Positions 25,390-39,273 are shown, counted from the stretch's first letter. The stretch is DNA of 64,000 nucleotides from Octopus vulgaris (GCA_951406725.2 OX597815.1:121458001-121522000), one strand, 5' to 3'. The notes: generated from the letters alone by a model not told the origin. A program made the numbers and translations.

Positions 25390-26170
25390 TCATGTGCTTA
25401 TCTTGTTTTTGATGTGTGTAGTTGTGTTGTAGTGTGAATATTGCTTTTATAATTAATTGCCTATTTTTGCAAGGGAATTCTCTATAGTATGGGTGTGTTG
25501 CTTGTTAATATTTTCTATTTTTCTTTATTTTATGGTGTGTTGTGTAGTGTGTTGCAATTGCTCCTTGTCATAAATGTATGGCAAGCCTAGGAGAAAGTTA
25601 TGTGCTCTATGGCCAATGTAACAATAATTTTTACAGTTGCATTAATAAATCACAGTGGTAATTTATAGTTTGCTCTCAGGTTTTCATGCGTGTGGTGTGT
25701 TGCTGATAGGGAAGCTTTTCATTTTAGTGTTTTTGTAATATATTATTAGTCTCAGTTTATTGTTAGGTGTGGTGCAATTGGTGTTTCATTTTATGTGATT
25801 TTTGATTGTGTGTTCATCTGTTTGAATCAAATAATTTACGGTGTGTAATTTGTGTATTTTAGTAGGGATAATGCCTAACGTATTTCCTGTATCATATTTC
25901 TTCCTATAGTCCTTCATATCTTTGTCTATTCATCTCTGAATATCTGTTGCTAATTAATGTTTATTTTACTCTGTGAATTTCTTTATTTAGTTCTTGATTT
26001 GCACAACAGTATCTAAACGCTCTCCAAAGTGATAATTTTACCTCTTGACATTTTGTAACCATGTGGGTATTTGTTCCCTCCATGTTGGTATATGCATTTC
26101 TTTGTGACTTTGGTTATACTGATACAATGTATCATTTTTATTCGAGTGCTTTGTATCAAGAAATGGATTC
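25390..26170 (-). pseudogene. Decayed Penelope-like element (RT end, thumb, GIY-YIG endonuclease)
   Basis: Minus strand PFLD (~26160), LWRAFRYCCANQELNKEIHRVK*TLISNRY (~25940-26030), CNCKNYCYIGH (25609-25641), RLAIHL*QGAIATHYTTHH. Confidence 0.75.
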
Positions 26171-26365
26171 ATATTTGTATTGTTTTGGATTTTGAATTAT
26201 CTCAGTCAGTGGAATTGGTAAATGGAGAATATGTAGAGAAGTCTGTTGTGTGTGTATGTATGCAAATGTTGACATTCCATGCTTTTGCTTGTTATTCCCC
26301 AAGTGAAACAGGGATATGACATTAACATTATTTGTTGGCATTTTGATGTTTCACTCTGTAAAAGG

Positions 26366-26580
26366 TGGCCAGCTGGCACAATTGTTAGCACACCTGGAAA
26401 AAATGCTTTGTGTCATTTCTTCTGACTTTGTGTTTTGATTTTAAATTCCACTGAAGGTTGACTCTGCCTTTTATCCTTCTGGGCACAAAACTATAAATAC
26501 TAGTTGAGCACTGAGGTTGATGTAACTGACTATCCCCCTCCCCTGAAATTTCAGGCTTTATAGTAGAAAAAAGTGAATTC
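26366..26580 (+). mobile_element. SINE family B, full length
   Basis: tRNA-like head, central gcctttt.atccttctggg...ataaatactag domain. Confidence 0.75.
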
Positions 26581-26848
26581 TTGTCACTCTGTTCTTTCAA
26601 AAAAAACAATAATAATGTGGCATTACACATTGTTTACTTGAAAAACAATTAAGGAATTGATGACAAGAATGTTACTCAAGTGTAAAATAGTGCCTCAGTT
26701 CCTATTCAACTCACACTTGCATGGAAAAACGGACATTAAATAAATAATCTCTCACACACACACACACACACACACATTCACACACGCACACACATACACA
26801 CACACACACACATTCACACACACACACACACAAGTAAACTCTTAGATA

Positions 26849-27240
26849 TAGGCGCATGAGTGGCTGTGTGGTAAGAAGCTTGCTTACCAACCACATGGTT
26901 CTGGGTTCAGTTCCACTGCGTGGCACCTTGGGCAAGTGTCTTCTACTATAACCTCGGGCCGACCAAAGCCATCTGAGTGGATTTAGTAGACAGTAACTGA
27001 AAGAAGCTCATCATATATGTATGTATGTATTTGTGTGTCTGTGTTTGTCCCCCCACCATTGCATGACAACTGACGTTGGTGTGTTTATGTCCCCGTAACC
27101 TAGTGGTTCAGCAAAAGAGACTGATAGAATAAGTACTAGGCTTACAAAGAATAAGTCCTGGGGTCAATTTGTTTGACTAAAGGTGGTGCTCCAGCATGGC
27201 TGCAGTCAAATGACTGAAACAAGTAAAAGAATAAAAGAAT
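26849..27240 (+). mobile_element. SINE family A, full-length reference copy
   Basis: tRNA-like head, CORE-like box, central microsatellite, LINE-like tail ending aaaagaataaaagaat. Confidence 0.92.
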
Positions 27241-27574
27241 ATGGACATACATACAATTAGGTTATTCCATGTGTTCACATACATTCCTGTAGGTAAATGC
27301 ATGTACAAACATCTGTTTGTACATAGGTGCATCAGTGATTAAACAGAAAAATGTACAAAAGCATATTCTTACAAATTACAAAATTATGAAATTACAGGAT
27401 TTAGAAACTTAACCCTTTCATTACTAACCCGACTGAAGTCGGCTCTGGCTCCAAGTACAAATGTCCTGTTTTCATTAGTTTTGAATTAAAATCTTCTACC
27501 AAACCTTAGTCACAATTTATGTTCCTAACACTAGCTTAATGATAACTAATTTATTTTACTAAATTCTTTGTTAT

Positions 27575-27836
27575 TCCAGTTCTATATTTAAGAGATGAGG
27601 AATTATGTACATTATTTGCATTTGACAGATATTTGTCCTCATCTTGTTTGTTGTTAACACAACAAAAACAACAACAACAATAATAATAATAATAACATTG
27701 AAAAATACCTTAGGAATGAGAACCCAGGTTCGAAATTTTCCCAAGACACCTGATGAAGGCTGGAGGGTCTATCACCCAAATCTTTGTGTTAACAACAAAC
27801 AAGATGAGGACAAATATCCATCAAATGTAAATAATG
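27575..27836 (+). mobile_element. Penelope-type inverted-pLTR insertion with 15 bp target-site duplication inside a piggyBac-type MITE
   Basis: taaattctttgttat at 27560-27574 and 27837-27851; inverted arms 27608-27662/27784-27838; decayed hammerhead acac-CTGATGA-aggctg...tgtgt. Confidence 0.75.
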
Positions 27837-28368
27837 TAAATTCTTTGTTATGTTTAAAGTTATTGAAAGAAACACAGAGCATCTCAAAATAAATGTATAG
27901 CTGCCTATAAATTTATACAAAAGCTTGAATGTACCTAATATGTTGGTACCATTATTATTTTTCATCTGTTTTCCATGTTGGCATGAATTGAATGGTTTGA
28001 AAGGATCTGAGAAACTACAGAACTACATCAAGCACCAGTTTAAACTTTGGCATGATCACTATAGCTGGATGGCCTTCCTAATACCAACCATTTTTTAGTG
28101 TGTACTGGGTGCTTTTTTCATGATACCTATGCAAGTGAGAATACCAAGTAACTTGTGAGATTACAAAATAAGAAAGGGAGAACAATAAAAAATGTCCTCT
28201 TGACTGAGTGGAAGTATTTGAGAGTATTTATGCCGGGTGTTGAAAGATGATAGAGGGACAAACACAGGTACCTTGCTATTGAAGAAATACATAGCTACCT
28301 CTCATTATATTAGGGTAGGTGGAAGCAGCTTGAAGGAAGATAAAGTTGATAGTGACAAGTTGTTAGAG

Positions 28369-28611
28369 AAGTGGTTCTCAACTATTCTTTACCTATGGAC
28401 CCCTTTGATTTTTATTTTGCTTCAATGGACCCCCATAACATAAAAAAAATCCTGTTATATTTTTGTAATCAAATATTATTATGGATTGTGTAAAAAAATT
28501 AAGATATTTTGTGTATTGTGGAAGTAAAACCAATTTATTGTGCATAAATTTTAACAACAAAATCTTATATAGACTCCCAAGGGTCATATAAACCTCAGTT
28601 GAGAACCACTA
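28369..28611. mobile_element. hAT-type MITE
   Basis: 14 bp TIR agtggttctcaact/agttgagaaccact; 8 bp TSD tgttagag/agttagag. Confidence 0.85.
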
Positions 28612-30307
28612 AGTTAGAGCATACTTTTCAAGGTACAATAAGGTGAGTAAAAGAGAGAATACTGGCAGTGGTTCCAGGGGGAAAGAGATGGTGGGTAGTT
28701 TCATAAGTGTGTTAGAGGAGAGGGACAGATTGATAGAGATGGGGGTAGGAGTGAATGTAGTGAGTGATGAATAAAGGCAGGTGTGTGGTTGATGATAAAT
28801 ATCAGTATGGAGGTGGGAAGATGAGAGAGATTGAAATGGCTCAGGAAGGAGATGACAAGAGCAGCAGTGTCATAAACCTGTAGATAGATCAGAAGGTATG
28901 GAGATGATGTGCATTTGGATATGAAATATGAAATCCTTTGCATGCTCAACGATCATGTGTGGTGAATAGGTAAAGTAAATATATATATATATATATTATA
29001 TAAGAGAGCAGTAAAATAACAAAAATATAATGTAGAGAAGAGAATGTTTTTACAGATAAATGAATCAATATATAAATAAATGATTAGAGAAAAGCAAAAA
29101 AAAAAAAGATTAAATATTGACGAATATAAGAACATAAAGAATAGATAAATATATATATAAAGAGACAAAGTTAGGGAAATGATTTTTGTGCTATGGTGTT
29201 GTAATGAATAAAGCATGAGGTATTGTAAGAATGTTAGGGTTAGGAATATAAGGATGTGCATGCTTACAGTATAAAAATGTTTAGAGTAAAATATTTGGAT
29301 TTATAATGTGGAATATGGGGTGATAAATTTTGGTAATATGACAAATGATATGGAATATAGGATCCAGGCATCAGACTGGGTAGTGTGGGTATTTAAATAT
29401 GTAATAATGCTTTCGAATTTTGGTCCAAGGCCAGCTATATTTTCGGGAAGGAGTAAGGCAATTGCATTGATCCGAGTGTTTAATTGGTACTTATTTCATT
29501 GGCCTTGGCAAAATTTGAACTCAAAACAGAAGACATTTTGTCTGGTATTTTAACGATTCTGGCCTTTCACTGCCTTTAAACTTATAATAATGTATGTGGG
29601 ATGTGGGTGATAGGTGTCAAATAGAGTGTTTCAGGTATGTTGGTATGTGAATGTAACTGTTCTCTGTTAGTTTTAGACAACATAGGAATAAAGTTTCTTA
29701 GTCTGTACCTAGACATTTCTTCAAAACGTAATTCATTCAGGTTTTTTTCTGCAGTTCATGGGATGCATTGTCCATTCATATTTTATGCTTTAATACAGTC
29801 CATAACACAGTTTGATGTTTTAGTTGAGGTTCCATTGGTCTTTAAGTGACCATATGTACTTAGACAAGCTAGCATCTGCTTTTCCGTTAATGTTTCTGAA
29901 AGATGTAAAATAGAAATATCTGAAAGTAGTTTTAGGTTAACTGATGTAAGAGATGGGCAAAGTATACTAATTTTGAGCCATAAATTGTCAAGGGGATAGT
30001 TTGTAAGATTGGTCCTTTCAAGTGTAGTCTTCTCTTCTTTGTATATTACATCTGCTTCCTTTTCTACTTAATTTTCTATCAGCTTATTTTGTGCCATTCA
30101 CTTGCACTAACATTATATATCCATCAGAGCATGCTTGTCTCATATGTATGTGTTTAAACGAGGTGCAGCATCTTCAGCTCATCCTTTACCGTTTTGTCCA
30201 AAGTTTTCTTTGGTCCCCCTCTTCTGTAGGCTCCACTAACTGTGCACTCAGCACTTCCTTATGTAGCAGTCATCCTCAATGTGCATCCTATTCCCATACA
30301 AGCAAAG

Positions 30308-30350
<43 letters not shown>

Positions 30351-30637
30351 ACACATCACCTTATTCCTCTGATTCCCAGTTTTCTCTCAGCTCTGTATAC
30401 TTGAGTTCATGCTCACTAACATTACACATGCACCAGAGCAGGCTAGCTTTGCTTGTTTGTGTTTAAGTATACACCTATTTAAAATCTGGTTGTGTCTATG
30501 TTGTACTTCATAACTTGAATGTTTGACAAATAGAAAGTCATAAGCTGAATACCTGACTGAAGTCAGTACTGCTATCTAATATGCTCGACTATCCTTTGAA
30601 AATTGTGCCCAATAGAATCTAGTGACTGAAACTAGCT

Positions 30638-30713
<76 letters not shown>

Positions 30714-30778
30714 GCACTGATGTATGTATATGTAATGTGTCCGTCTATATAAATGTGTGTGTATGTATGTGTTTACAT

Positions 30779-31089
30779 CAGAGGTTCTCAAACTTTTTGG
30801 GCCACCCTCCCTCATAGCCATAATACTCTCAGCGCCCCCACCCCTATTTTTATGTATAAATAAATATATATTTTACTAATTTATGTATACTATGAATCAT
30901 TTGATATTTAATATAATGTTATATAATTTGTATACAATAGTATAATTCATAGTGACCCCTAATTTACTGCCTTCTTCCCAACATCACCTTTTTTCTCTAC
31001 CACCCCCTTAGGCATCAGTGCCAACCTGGACTGTCTCAACACCCACTGGGGGGGGGGGGGCGCAGTAGTGCCCACTTTGAAAACCTATG
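30779..31089. mobile_element. hAT-type MITE
   Basis: TIR cagaggttctcaaa/tttgaaaacctatg; perfect 8 bp TSD gtttacat at 30771 and 31090. Confidence 0.85.
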
Positions 31090-32029
31090 GTTTACATCTT
31101 GCTTGCTTCTATGATAATCATGACATATGGGTGGTGGTGTTATCAGTTCTCATGTCAAATTGATCACTCACTTTGTGCCTTCAGTATCATACAGAATAAG
31201 GGATCTCTTACTTGATAAACAATTAAGGGTTAATGACAGGAAGAGCATCTGACTGAAAGCAGTACCTCAATAACATATTTCTTTAGCCCATGCAAGCATG
31301 GAACAGAAACCCTATGCCCACAAAAAAAAAAAAATCAACAAATGAATGTGTGTGTGTGAGAATGTGTGTATGTATCTGTGTGCATGTGAATGCATATGTA
31401 TGTGTGTGTATTATGTAATATATGTTTGAAGTGTTTTATAAATAAATATTGTTCAATGTACTCAAGTTCAGAAGCTGTGTGAGTCTTGAATAAATTTTAA
31501 ATATATATAATTTAGCTCAGAGACAAAAAAAAAAAGAAAGAAAGGAAAAGAAAAAACAAAAAAAAAACCAATAAAATATAAAACAAAAAGTAAAAAAAAC
31601 CTATTTGTTCAGGTGCTTCAGATTGTATTGATATTCCTGCTGATGTCAAAATGGATTTTTTTCTTTTTTTTTTTTTTCTTTTTCTTATATGAAGAAGCTT
31701 AAAAAACTATGCAGTGTAAAATGGCTATATTGATTGAATAGTAAAAAACCATCTATTATAGGTTTCTGCAATAGGGATACATACATACATACATGCATAC
31801 ACACATACATACAGACGTACGTATGTGTGTGTGTGTGTATCAAAAAAGTCAATGTATCAATATAATGCAGTTTACCTCTACTGAAATCTTACTGTATTTG
31901 GTATTCTTTAAATCCTGATAAATATTTACTTATAATGAGTATATTATAGTTATTAAATGAGTAGTTCTAAGACGTAACTCAAAACCTAAAGAGTTTTTGT
32001 TTTGTCTACTTAGTTTTTATTTTCATTTT

Positions 32030-32540
32030 CATCATCATCATCATCATCGTTTAACGTCCACTTTCCATGCTAGCATGGGTTGGACTGTTTGACTGGGGAC
32101 TTGTGAGCAAGATGGCTGCACCAGCCTCCAATCTGATCTGGCAGAGTTTCTACAGCTGGATGCCCTTCCTAATGCCAACTACTTTGAGTGTAGTGGGCGC
32201 TTTTATGTGCCACTGGCATGAGGGCCAGTTAGGCGGTACTGGCAATGGCCACGTTCAAATGGTGTTTTTTTACGTGTCACCTGCACAGGAGCCAGTCCAG
32301 CCGCACTGACAACGACCTTGCTCAAATGTTGTTTTCTCGTGCCACCGGCACAAGTGCTAGGAAGGCGACGCTGGTAATGATCATGCTCGAATGGTGCTTT
32401 TTATGTGCCACCGGCACAGGGGCCAGTCAGCAGCCCTGGCAACGATCATGCTCAGATGGTGCTCTTAGCACTCCACTTGCATGGATGCCGGTAATGCAGT
32501 GCTGTATTCGAATTTGATTTCGATTTCACTTGCCTCAAGG
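32030..32540 (-). mobile_element. RTE LINE 3' UTR with tandem units
   Basis: (CAT)n-cgtttaacgtcc..ccatgctagcatgggttggac; same family at ~27955, 32890, 34606, 38487, 45188, 52300, 54380 and 62026. Confidence 0.85.
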
Positions 32541-34603
32541 ATAGGTGCAGGTGTAGTTGTATGTTGGGAAAAGAAATATTGAATGTGTATATTCTGTACA
32601 CCTTCTCTTTGATTTTACATTTCAAACTTTCTTACTTAGCTTAATCTAGAAGAGATTGTCTTCTCTGTTTTAGCTAACCACCAGGGGTCCACTGCAGAAG
32701 AGATTGCCTCTTCTATGTTAGCTAAACACCAGGAGTACAACACTTGTATAATTCTTACTTTTTCACTTCAATTTACTTAGGTTAATCACTTTTACTTGCT
32801 GCTCATCCATCATTTTGTATAGGTCCCAGCATAAATTCATCTCAGTTAAGTTCATCTATGTGTAAAAGAAACAGTTATCATCTCTATCATCATTTATCAT
32901 TCATGTTCCATGCTGGCATGGGTAGGATGGTTTGACAGGATCTAATGAGCCCAACGACTGCATAGAGCTCCAGTGTCTACTTTAGCATTGTCTTCATGGC
33001 TGGGTGCCTTTCCTAACACCAACCACTTTACAGCATATACTAGATGTTCTTTTCAAATCACCAACAATAGTAAGGCCACCATGCAGAATACAAAGCTTTG
33101 AAATCCCAAGTGGACATTAACCCCTAAAGTGGGGCTCAAATCCCAAAGAGGTTTAGCTGTAACATTCATTCCTCTTCATTTCAATGATCTACTCACAATT
33201 ACTCTTTGAACAAAATACATTCACATGCAAGTTATATCATTCCTTATTCTTACTTAAAACCTCAACACACAAACATCATCCACATGTATTGTTGACATCT
33301 CATGTCAGACATGTACCAGCTACTTTCTAGAACAGAAACCTTTAATACATCTTCTAATAAAGATAACAAAACTGCATTTGGCAACACCAATATATATAGT
33401 CAATACATCTGTAGTGGAAACATTTACATCTCAGTACCTTTTCTACCTACAGCTAACTGGAAATGGCACAAATTTTTACAAATGCTAATCTTCACAGCCT
33501 GTAGTAACCTTTCATGGCAACCACACTGCCAAACCTGCATCTCAAACTCTAAACTTCACTTGTAGCATCATAAAATGGGATGAGACAGTAGGGTGCAACC
33601 TGTTTTGGTAATAGTACTTTTTGGTACTGGAAGCAAACGCACACACACAAAGAGAGACATTAAAACGTCTGATCTCAAATCAGTCAGTGTCAACTCGGTA
33701 GTGCCAAAATGTCACATACACTCACAGAATACTACAGTGCTCATAGTTGCTAACTCTCTGTAACAAATTGTATAACCATTTTTAGAGTACTGCTCATACA
33801 TCAGGGGTAGGAGAACAACAGCTGGTAATCATTTTTATGTTGAATTCAAAAACCCTCCACCTGGTTGATAAGGAAACTGCCATTACAAAAATCCTGCAAC
33901 TGCTAAATAATCAGCCTGCTCAGTTCTTACTCTATTACAAAATATCTTTCTCTTTTAAACCAACACTCCGTGTACTTACTTCTCTACATCTAATCACTTG
34001 TATCATAGTAAACAGTATATTCATTGCTTCTCCTGTAATTCTCTGAAATTCTTCCCCATGGCCACCAACCGATAGACATATGTTCTAGTTAAAACAGCTA
34101 CCATATTGACTTTGTTTGTCTGGATATGTCTACAAACATTATCGACACCTTTTTTTTATTAGATACTGTCATGTTTTAGAAATATACCTAAATAAAAATT
34201 CAAATCTGGAAATGCTTAAGCAAATTTCATTGCAAGGAATATGGCATTTCTTAAGAAATATCATATATTTTACTGCAACAGCTGTAGAATTCCAGCCCCA
34301 GGCTTCTCTTTGTATTACATCTCTTCTGTTGATAAACATAATGACAGATTTTTCAATAGTGAAGATATTACAATCTTAACTCTGAATTATTTAAAATATT
34401 GAGTTTATATAAGTATTAAATATTGCTTCAATCTTTATTTTACTATTCTAATTCATAAATAGATGCTATGTCATATTAATCTATTGGGGACATTAAATTA
34501 ATTGCTTTTACAGTACTATATATTACTAGTTTTTCATCTTTTATCAACTGTTCTCTCATACTAAAACTGGTCCATGCCACACAACACGCACACACAAACC
34601 TAT

Positions 34604-34635
<32 letters not shown>

Positions 34636-35380
34636 TTAGCGTCCGTTTTCCATGCTAGCATGGGTTGGACGGTATAACTGGGGTCTGTGAAGCTGGAAGG
34701 CTTCATCAGGCCCAGTCAGATCTGGCAGTGTTTCTACGGCTGGATGCCCTTCCTAATGCCAACCACTCCGTGAGTGTAGTGGGTGCTTTTTACGTGCCAC
34801 ATATCTGCATAGTGAGCTTCTTTCAGTTTCCATCTACCAAATCTAGTCAGAAGGCTTTGGTCAACCCAGAAATGTAGTAGTAAACACTTGGCCATGGTAT
34901 TGCAGAGTAGAATTGAATTTGAAACCACATGGTTGAGAAACAACCTTGCTAAGCACTCAAATACACCTCCACCTATTTTTTTCTATAATTATCTAAAACA
35001 CAAACAGTGTATTTCAATAGAGATATGGTAACAAAAGTAGTAAAATTTAATGCTACCCTTAGAGAAATGTTTATCAAAGCATTTAATTAGAAGCAGAAAT
35101 TAAACATATCAGAATAGTATCAGAGATTTCTTATTGCTGGTCATTATAAAATAGTTGTGTTGAACCAAGTAAAACATAGAAACATATTCATTTTATTTTA
35201 AATTAACACAACTAGGTGTTTATGCAAACTGATCTGTATGTCTGAAATGTTAAAACACCTGTTTTATTGTAAATTCTAAATAGAAAATCTTACACATAAC
35301 ATAAGTGATATGATCAAACAGTTTCCAATGAGATTGGTATTGTTCTGAGTTGGCAAGACATATTATGTAGTAAAATCAAT

Positions 35381-35652
35381 AAGAGTACAGTGAATTTGCT
35401 GTGAGAAGTGGGAAAGGTCTTATGTTTCGGACACAGTGCTTCCTCAGGAGAAAAGTTGAAAGGAGAGAGAAATTAACAAGACACACCAGAGTTTTATAAC
35501 AAGGGGTTTTTTCTTCTTTTTTTTTTCGTTTTTCTTTTTTTGTTTGATTCTGTTTACTCCTATTAATTTCTATCCTTACAACTTTTTCCCTGAAGAAGTA
35601 CTGAGTCCAAGCATTTAATTTTCCACTCCTCGCAGCAAATTCACTCTACTCT
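35381..35652. mobile_element. Inverted-repeat element with a decayed hammerhead on each arm
   Basis: agtgaatttgctgtgagaagtgg/ccactcctcgcagcaaattcact arms; minus strand CTGAGGA..cGAAACATA, plus strand CTGAAGA at ~35590. Confidence 0.55.
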
Positions 35653-37321
35653 TTTTATCTGTTTAATGTAAATGGTAACTGTTTTTAGTTTGCTAAAACT
35701 AAAGCAAATTGTTTAAGGCCCCATTGTCCAACAACACCATTCAGCATCTGTAATACATTTTGGAATGATAACCTTTTGATGATTTATTAGACACTCATAC
35801 CACTTTGTCACTGCACTTGTTGCTTATCTTTAAATTCTTTAAAACTCAACCAATATCTTGAATAATGGCTGCAAGTAAAACGAAAGGAAGAATGAATATA
35901 TAACAAAGACATAAAAGTAATGATTGGAAATTCAATGCAGTCTGAACAATATCACCAATAGTTGCATAAAAGTGCCAGACTGATCTAAGTATGAGCATCA
36001 TTGTCAATTGACTAACCGAATCAACTAGTTATTGACAATCAGTCATTCTGACTTTGATAGAATGACTTTAGTCTTTTTTTTTATACTTTTGCTTGATACT
36101 TGACTATTTGTGTTATTTGTATTACTTTTTGTTGTGGTTTCAAGAATCTTACTTTCCTATCTTAGTGTTGCATAATTGTTTAGCTTTCTACTAAATGTAT
36201 TCTGTCATGACATGAAGAACTGTATCATTTCTTTCTAAGCATGAAATGTACAGAAGTTTCATTTTGAGCTGCTATCCATTATTTCTAAGTCAACCGTGGA
36301 CGTGAGCATTATGTATGCTAATTGATAGAAGAGCCTGCAAGTTTAGTCAATGACTTGAATAAAGCAACTATATGAAAACACACTTAGAAGACTTTCTTAC
36401 AGAGAACATCTACATATGATAGCTGATCTAATACAATTTGGAGAATTAATTAAAACTACATTTTATAAAGAAACAGTGGCAACAGTTTTAAAATTTTCAA
36501 TTATGGCTGTCTGTCTATGTCAGTATAATAAGAAATAATGTTATCAATAAATATTGAATAAATATCTAAAATATTCAAAGCTGTTATTTTTAAGAATAGA
36601 TGATATTGTTTAAAAATGAATACATAGGTAGTAAATGAAGTGTGAGCTATGTAAATGCATTGAACCTTGTTTCCATACATTATAAAAGTGTGCAGAGAAA
36701 CTACTTTGCATATTTAAGCTATATGTTTAATTAATTGATGGCTTTGTCTCTTTTTAGCTGTAATTTTGCTTGTTGTTTGTGATTGCTCAAGAAACGGTAA
36801 AAGATTATAAATGCACAATAATTTCCTAATCTTTGGTAAATAATAAAATATTGATGTTTTCTCACTGTTTCCTGATAATTGCTTTACTCTGTCAGTTGGA
36901 ACAACAAAATATCTCAGCATGAGCTGGAATTAGTGAATAGATCTTCATTAAATTCTGTGAGTCATATTGGACAGAAAGGAAAAAATATATAAATAAACAA
37001 AACTAAATTAATTCGTAAATACTTTTATTTTTATATCTAATGTTGTATATTCTTTTAAAGATTAAACTTTGACTTATAAATACTTATATATTTAAAAAAT
37101 GAAGCTGCCAAACTTTAGGCTGTAGGACAGAGATTTCATTTGAAATGTATTTACAGTTTTTCAATTAATTGGCTTCATTTTATATACCATTCCCATTGTA
37201 ATCATACTTTTATATAAAGTATATATAATGTATATACACCATCATAATCATTATCATCGAACTTATAATCATTATGGTGGTGTAAGCTTGTGATAATCAA
37301 AGTGAAATATCAAATTTGTGG

Positions 37322-37970
37322 TAGGCATGGTTATGTGGTTAAGAAGTTTTCTTGCAGCCACAAGGTTTTGAGTTCAGTCTCACTCTGTGATACCTTGGAC
37401 AAGTGTACACTCTTGTAGCTTCATACTGACCAAAGTCTTGTGAATGGATTTAGTTAATGCATACTGAAAATAAATTCATCATTTGTATGTATTTGCATTC
37501 ATTCATGTATGTGTGTGTGTGTGTGTGCATAACACATTGTTATGAGTAGACCATCCCAGGGCAAAATTTGAAGTAGATTGTTAGCTTGTTTCCCAATTAC
37601 ATGGTTCCGGGTTCAGTCTCACTGCGTGGCACCTTGGGCAGGTGTCTTCTACTATAGCCTTGGGCCAACCAAAGCCTTGTGAGTGGATTTCGTAGGCAGA
37701 AGCTGAAAGAAGCCCGTCATATATGTATATATATGTGTGTATGTGTGTACATGTGTATGTTTGTGTGTCTGTGTTTGTCCTCCCACCATTGCTTGACAAT
37801 TGATGTCGGTGTGTTTATATCCCCGTAACTTAGCGGTTTGGCAAAACAGACCAATAGAATAAGTACTAGGCTTACAAAGAATAAGTCTATGGTGTCTATT
37901 TGTTTGACTAAAAACAGTGCTCCAGCATGGCCACCATCAAATGACTGAAACAAGTAAAAGAATAAAAGAA
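37322..37970 (+). mobile_element. Two SINE family A copies
   Basis: Older head at 37322-37480; well-preserved copy at 37583-37970. Confidence 0.88.
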
Positions 37971-38609
37971 TATACATATGTTTGTTATGTGTAAATGTGT
38001 GTGTGTATGCATGTCCATTATGCACTAATTATAAACAAATGTTCCTGTCATAGAGGTGTTGTCATTCATTTGCAATCTTTTGTAAAAACTGTACAACCGT
38101 TGTGCTGTTCAGGTTTGGGAACTTGTAAGAGTTGGTGACAGAAAGATCATCTTGCTGTAGAAAAATCTGTTTCAATGAATCTCATGTGACTCATGAAAGC
38201 ATGGAAAAGTGCACATTAAAATGATGATGATGGCAGTAAAACAAAGATTTTAAATGAAAAAGAGTTTATTAATATAATATTGATTAATTTTTATACTAAA
38301 ATGTAGCACATAAATGATTTACTTTGTAATTCTGATGGGGTTTTTTTCTTCCTCCAAAATACTTTTATAGCAAACTTTATGTTATTCATTTCACACAATG
38401 ATAATTAAAAAACCCAGCCCACTAATAAAATAAATTATTTATTTTAGATATATAACACATAAAATGTTTATATATACATTATATATATCATCATCATCAT
38501 TTAATGTCCATTGTTCATGCTGGCATGGGTTGGACAGTTTGACCAGGGCTGGCAAGCTGGAAGGCTGCACCAGACTCCAGTCTAATTTATATATATATAT
38601 ATATATATA

Positions 38610-38759
38610 GGGAGAGTTTATATATAGAGACAGATGGTGTACAAAACAAACAGATGTATTGGTATAATGCTCAGGAATAGAAAAAGTCTTTTACGTTTCG
38701 AGCCTACGCTCTTCTACAGAAAGGGACACAGAAAAAAAACAAGGAGAGAAAAAAGGAGA

Positions 38760-38762
<3 letters not shown>
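38610..38762 (-). mobile_element. Short hammerhead-bearing element between (TA)n tracts
   Basis: Shares gctcaggaa...tttcgagc..gctctt with 44678-44889; flanked by (TA)n on both sides. Confidence 0.7.
38688..38723 (-). ncRNA. Minimal hammerhead motif with variant core CUGUAGA
   Basis: cttt-CTGTAGA-a-gagc-gtag-gctc-GAAACGTA-aaag; stems I, II and III all intact. Confidence 0.65.
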
Positions 38763-38802
<40 letters not shown>

Positions 38803-38849
38803 CATTATTTCTAAATCTCTGAATGAGAAACATTCAGTAACAGTACTCT

Positions 38850-39027
38850 AAAGTAAAGATTATTTGCCAAAATAATGTGGCAGTCCTGGTTAGGAGGATT
38901 GTATCTGTTATTTAGCCCCAGGAAACATCATATAGCCAACTGGAGATGATGTTTCCTGGAGTTAAATAACTGTAACAATCATTCTAACTAGGACTGCCAC
39001 ATTATTTTGGCAAATAATTTTTACTTT
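38850..39027. repeat. Near-perfect ~180 bp hairpin element
   Basis: attatttgccaaaataatgtggcagtcct / aggactgccacattattttggcaaataat; ccaggaaacatcat / atgatgtttcctgg. Confidence 0.9.
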
Positions 39028-39273
39028 CTCTCTATATATTTATGTACATAATGTGTATGCATCATATATTTAGTGTTCACTTTACCTTGCTTACATGAGT
39101 GAAATGGAATTTATTGAAGCAGATTTTCTATAGCAGGATGCCCTTCCTGTTGCTAACTCTCCCATTTCTGCATAAAGTAATATCTCTCTAGAGCCAGATG
39201 TGTCTCCCATGAAGACTGGAAACGACAATAGAGCTTGTTTACAACCATCACATGATATCAAGATATATGTGCG

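Noticed and set aside
26849-26930. tRNA gene
   Set aside because: tRNA-like SINE head continuing into the SINE body; many diverged copies
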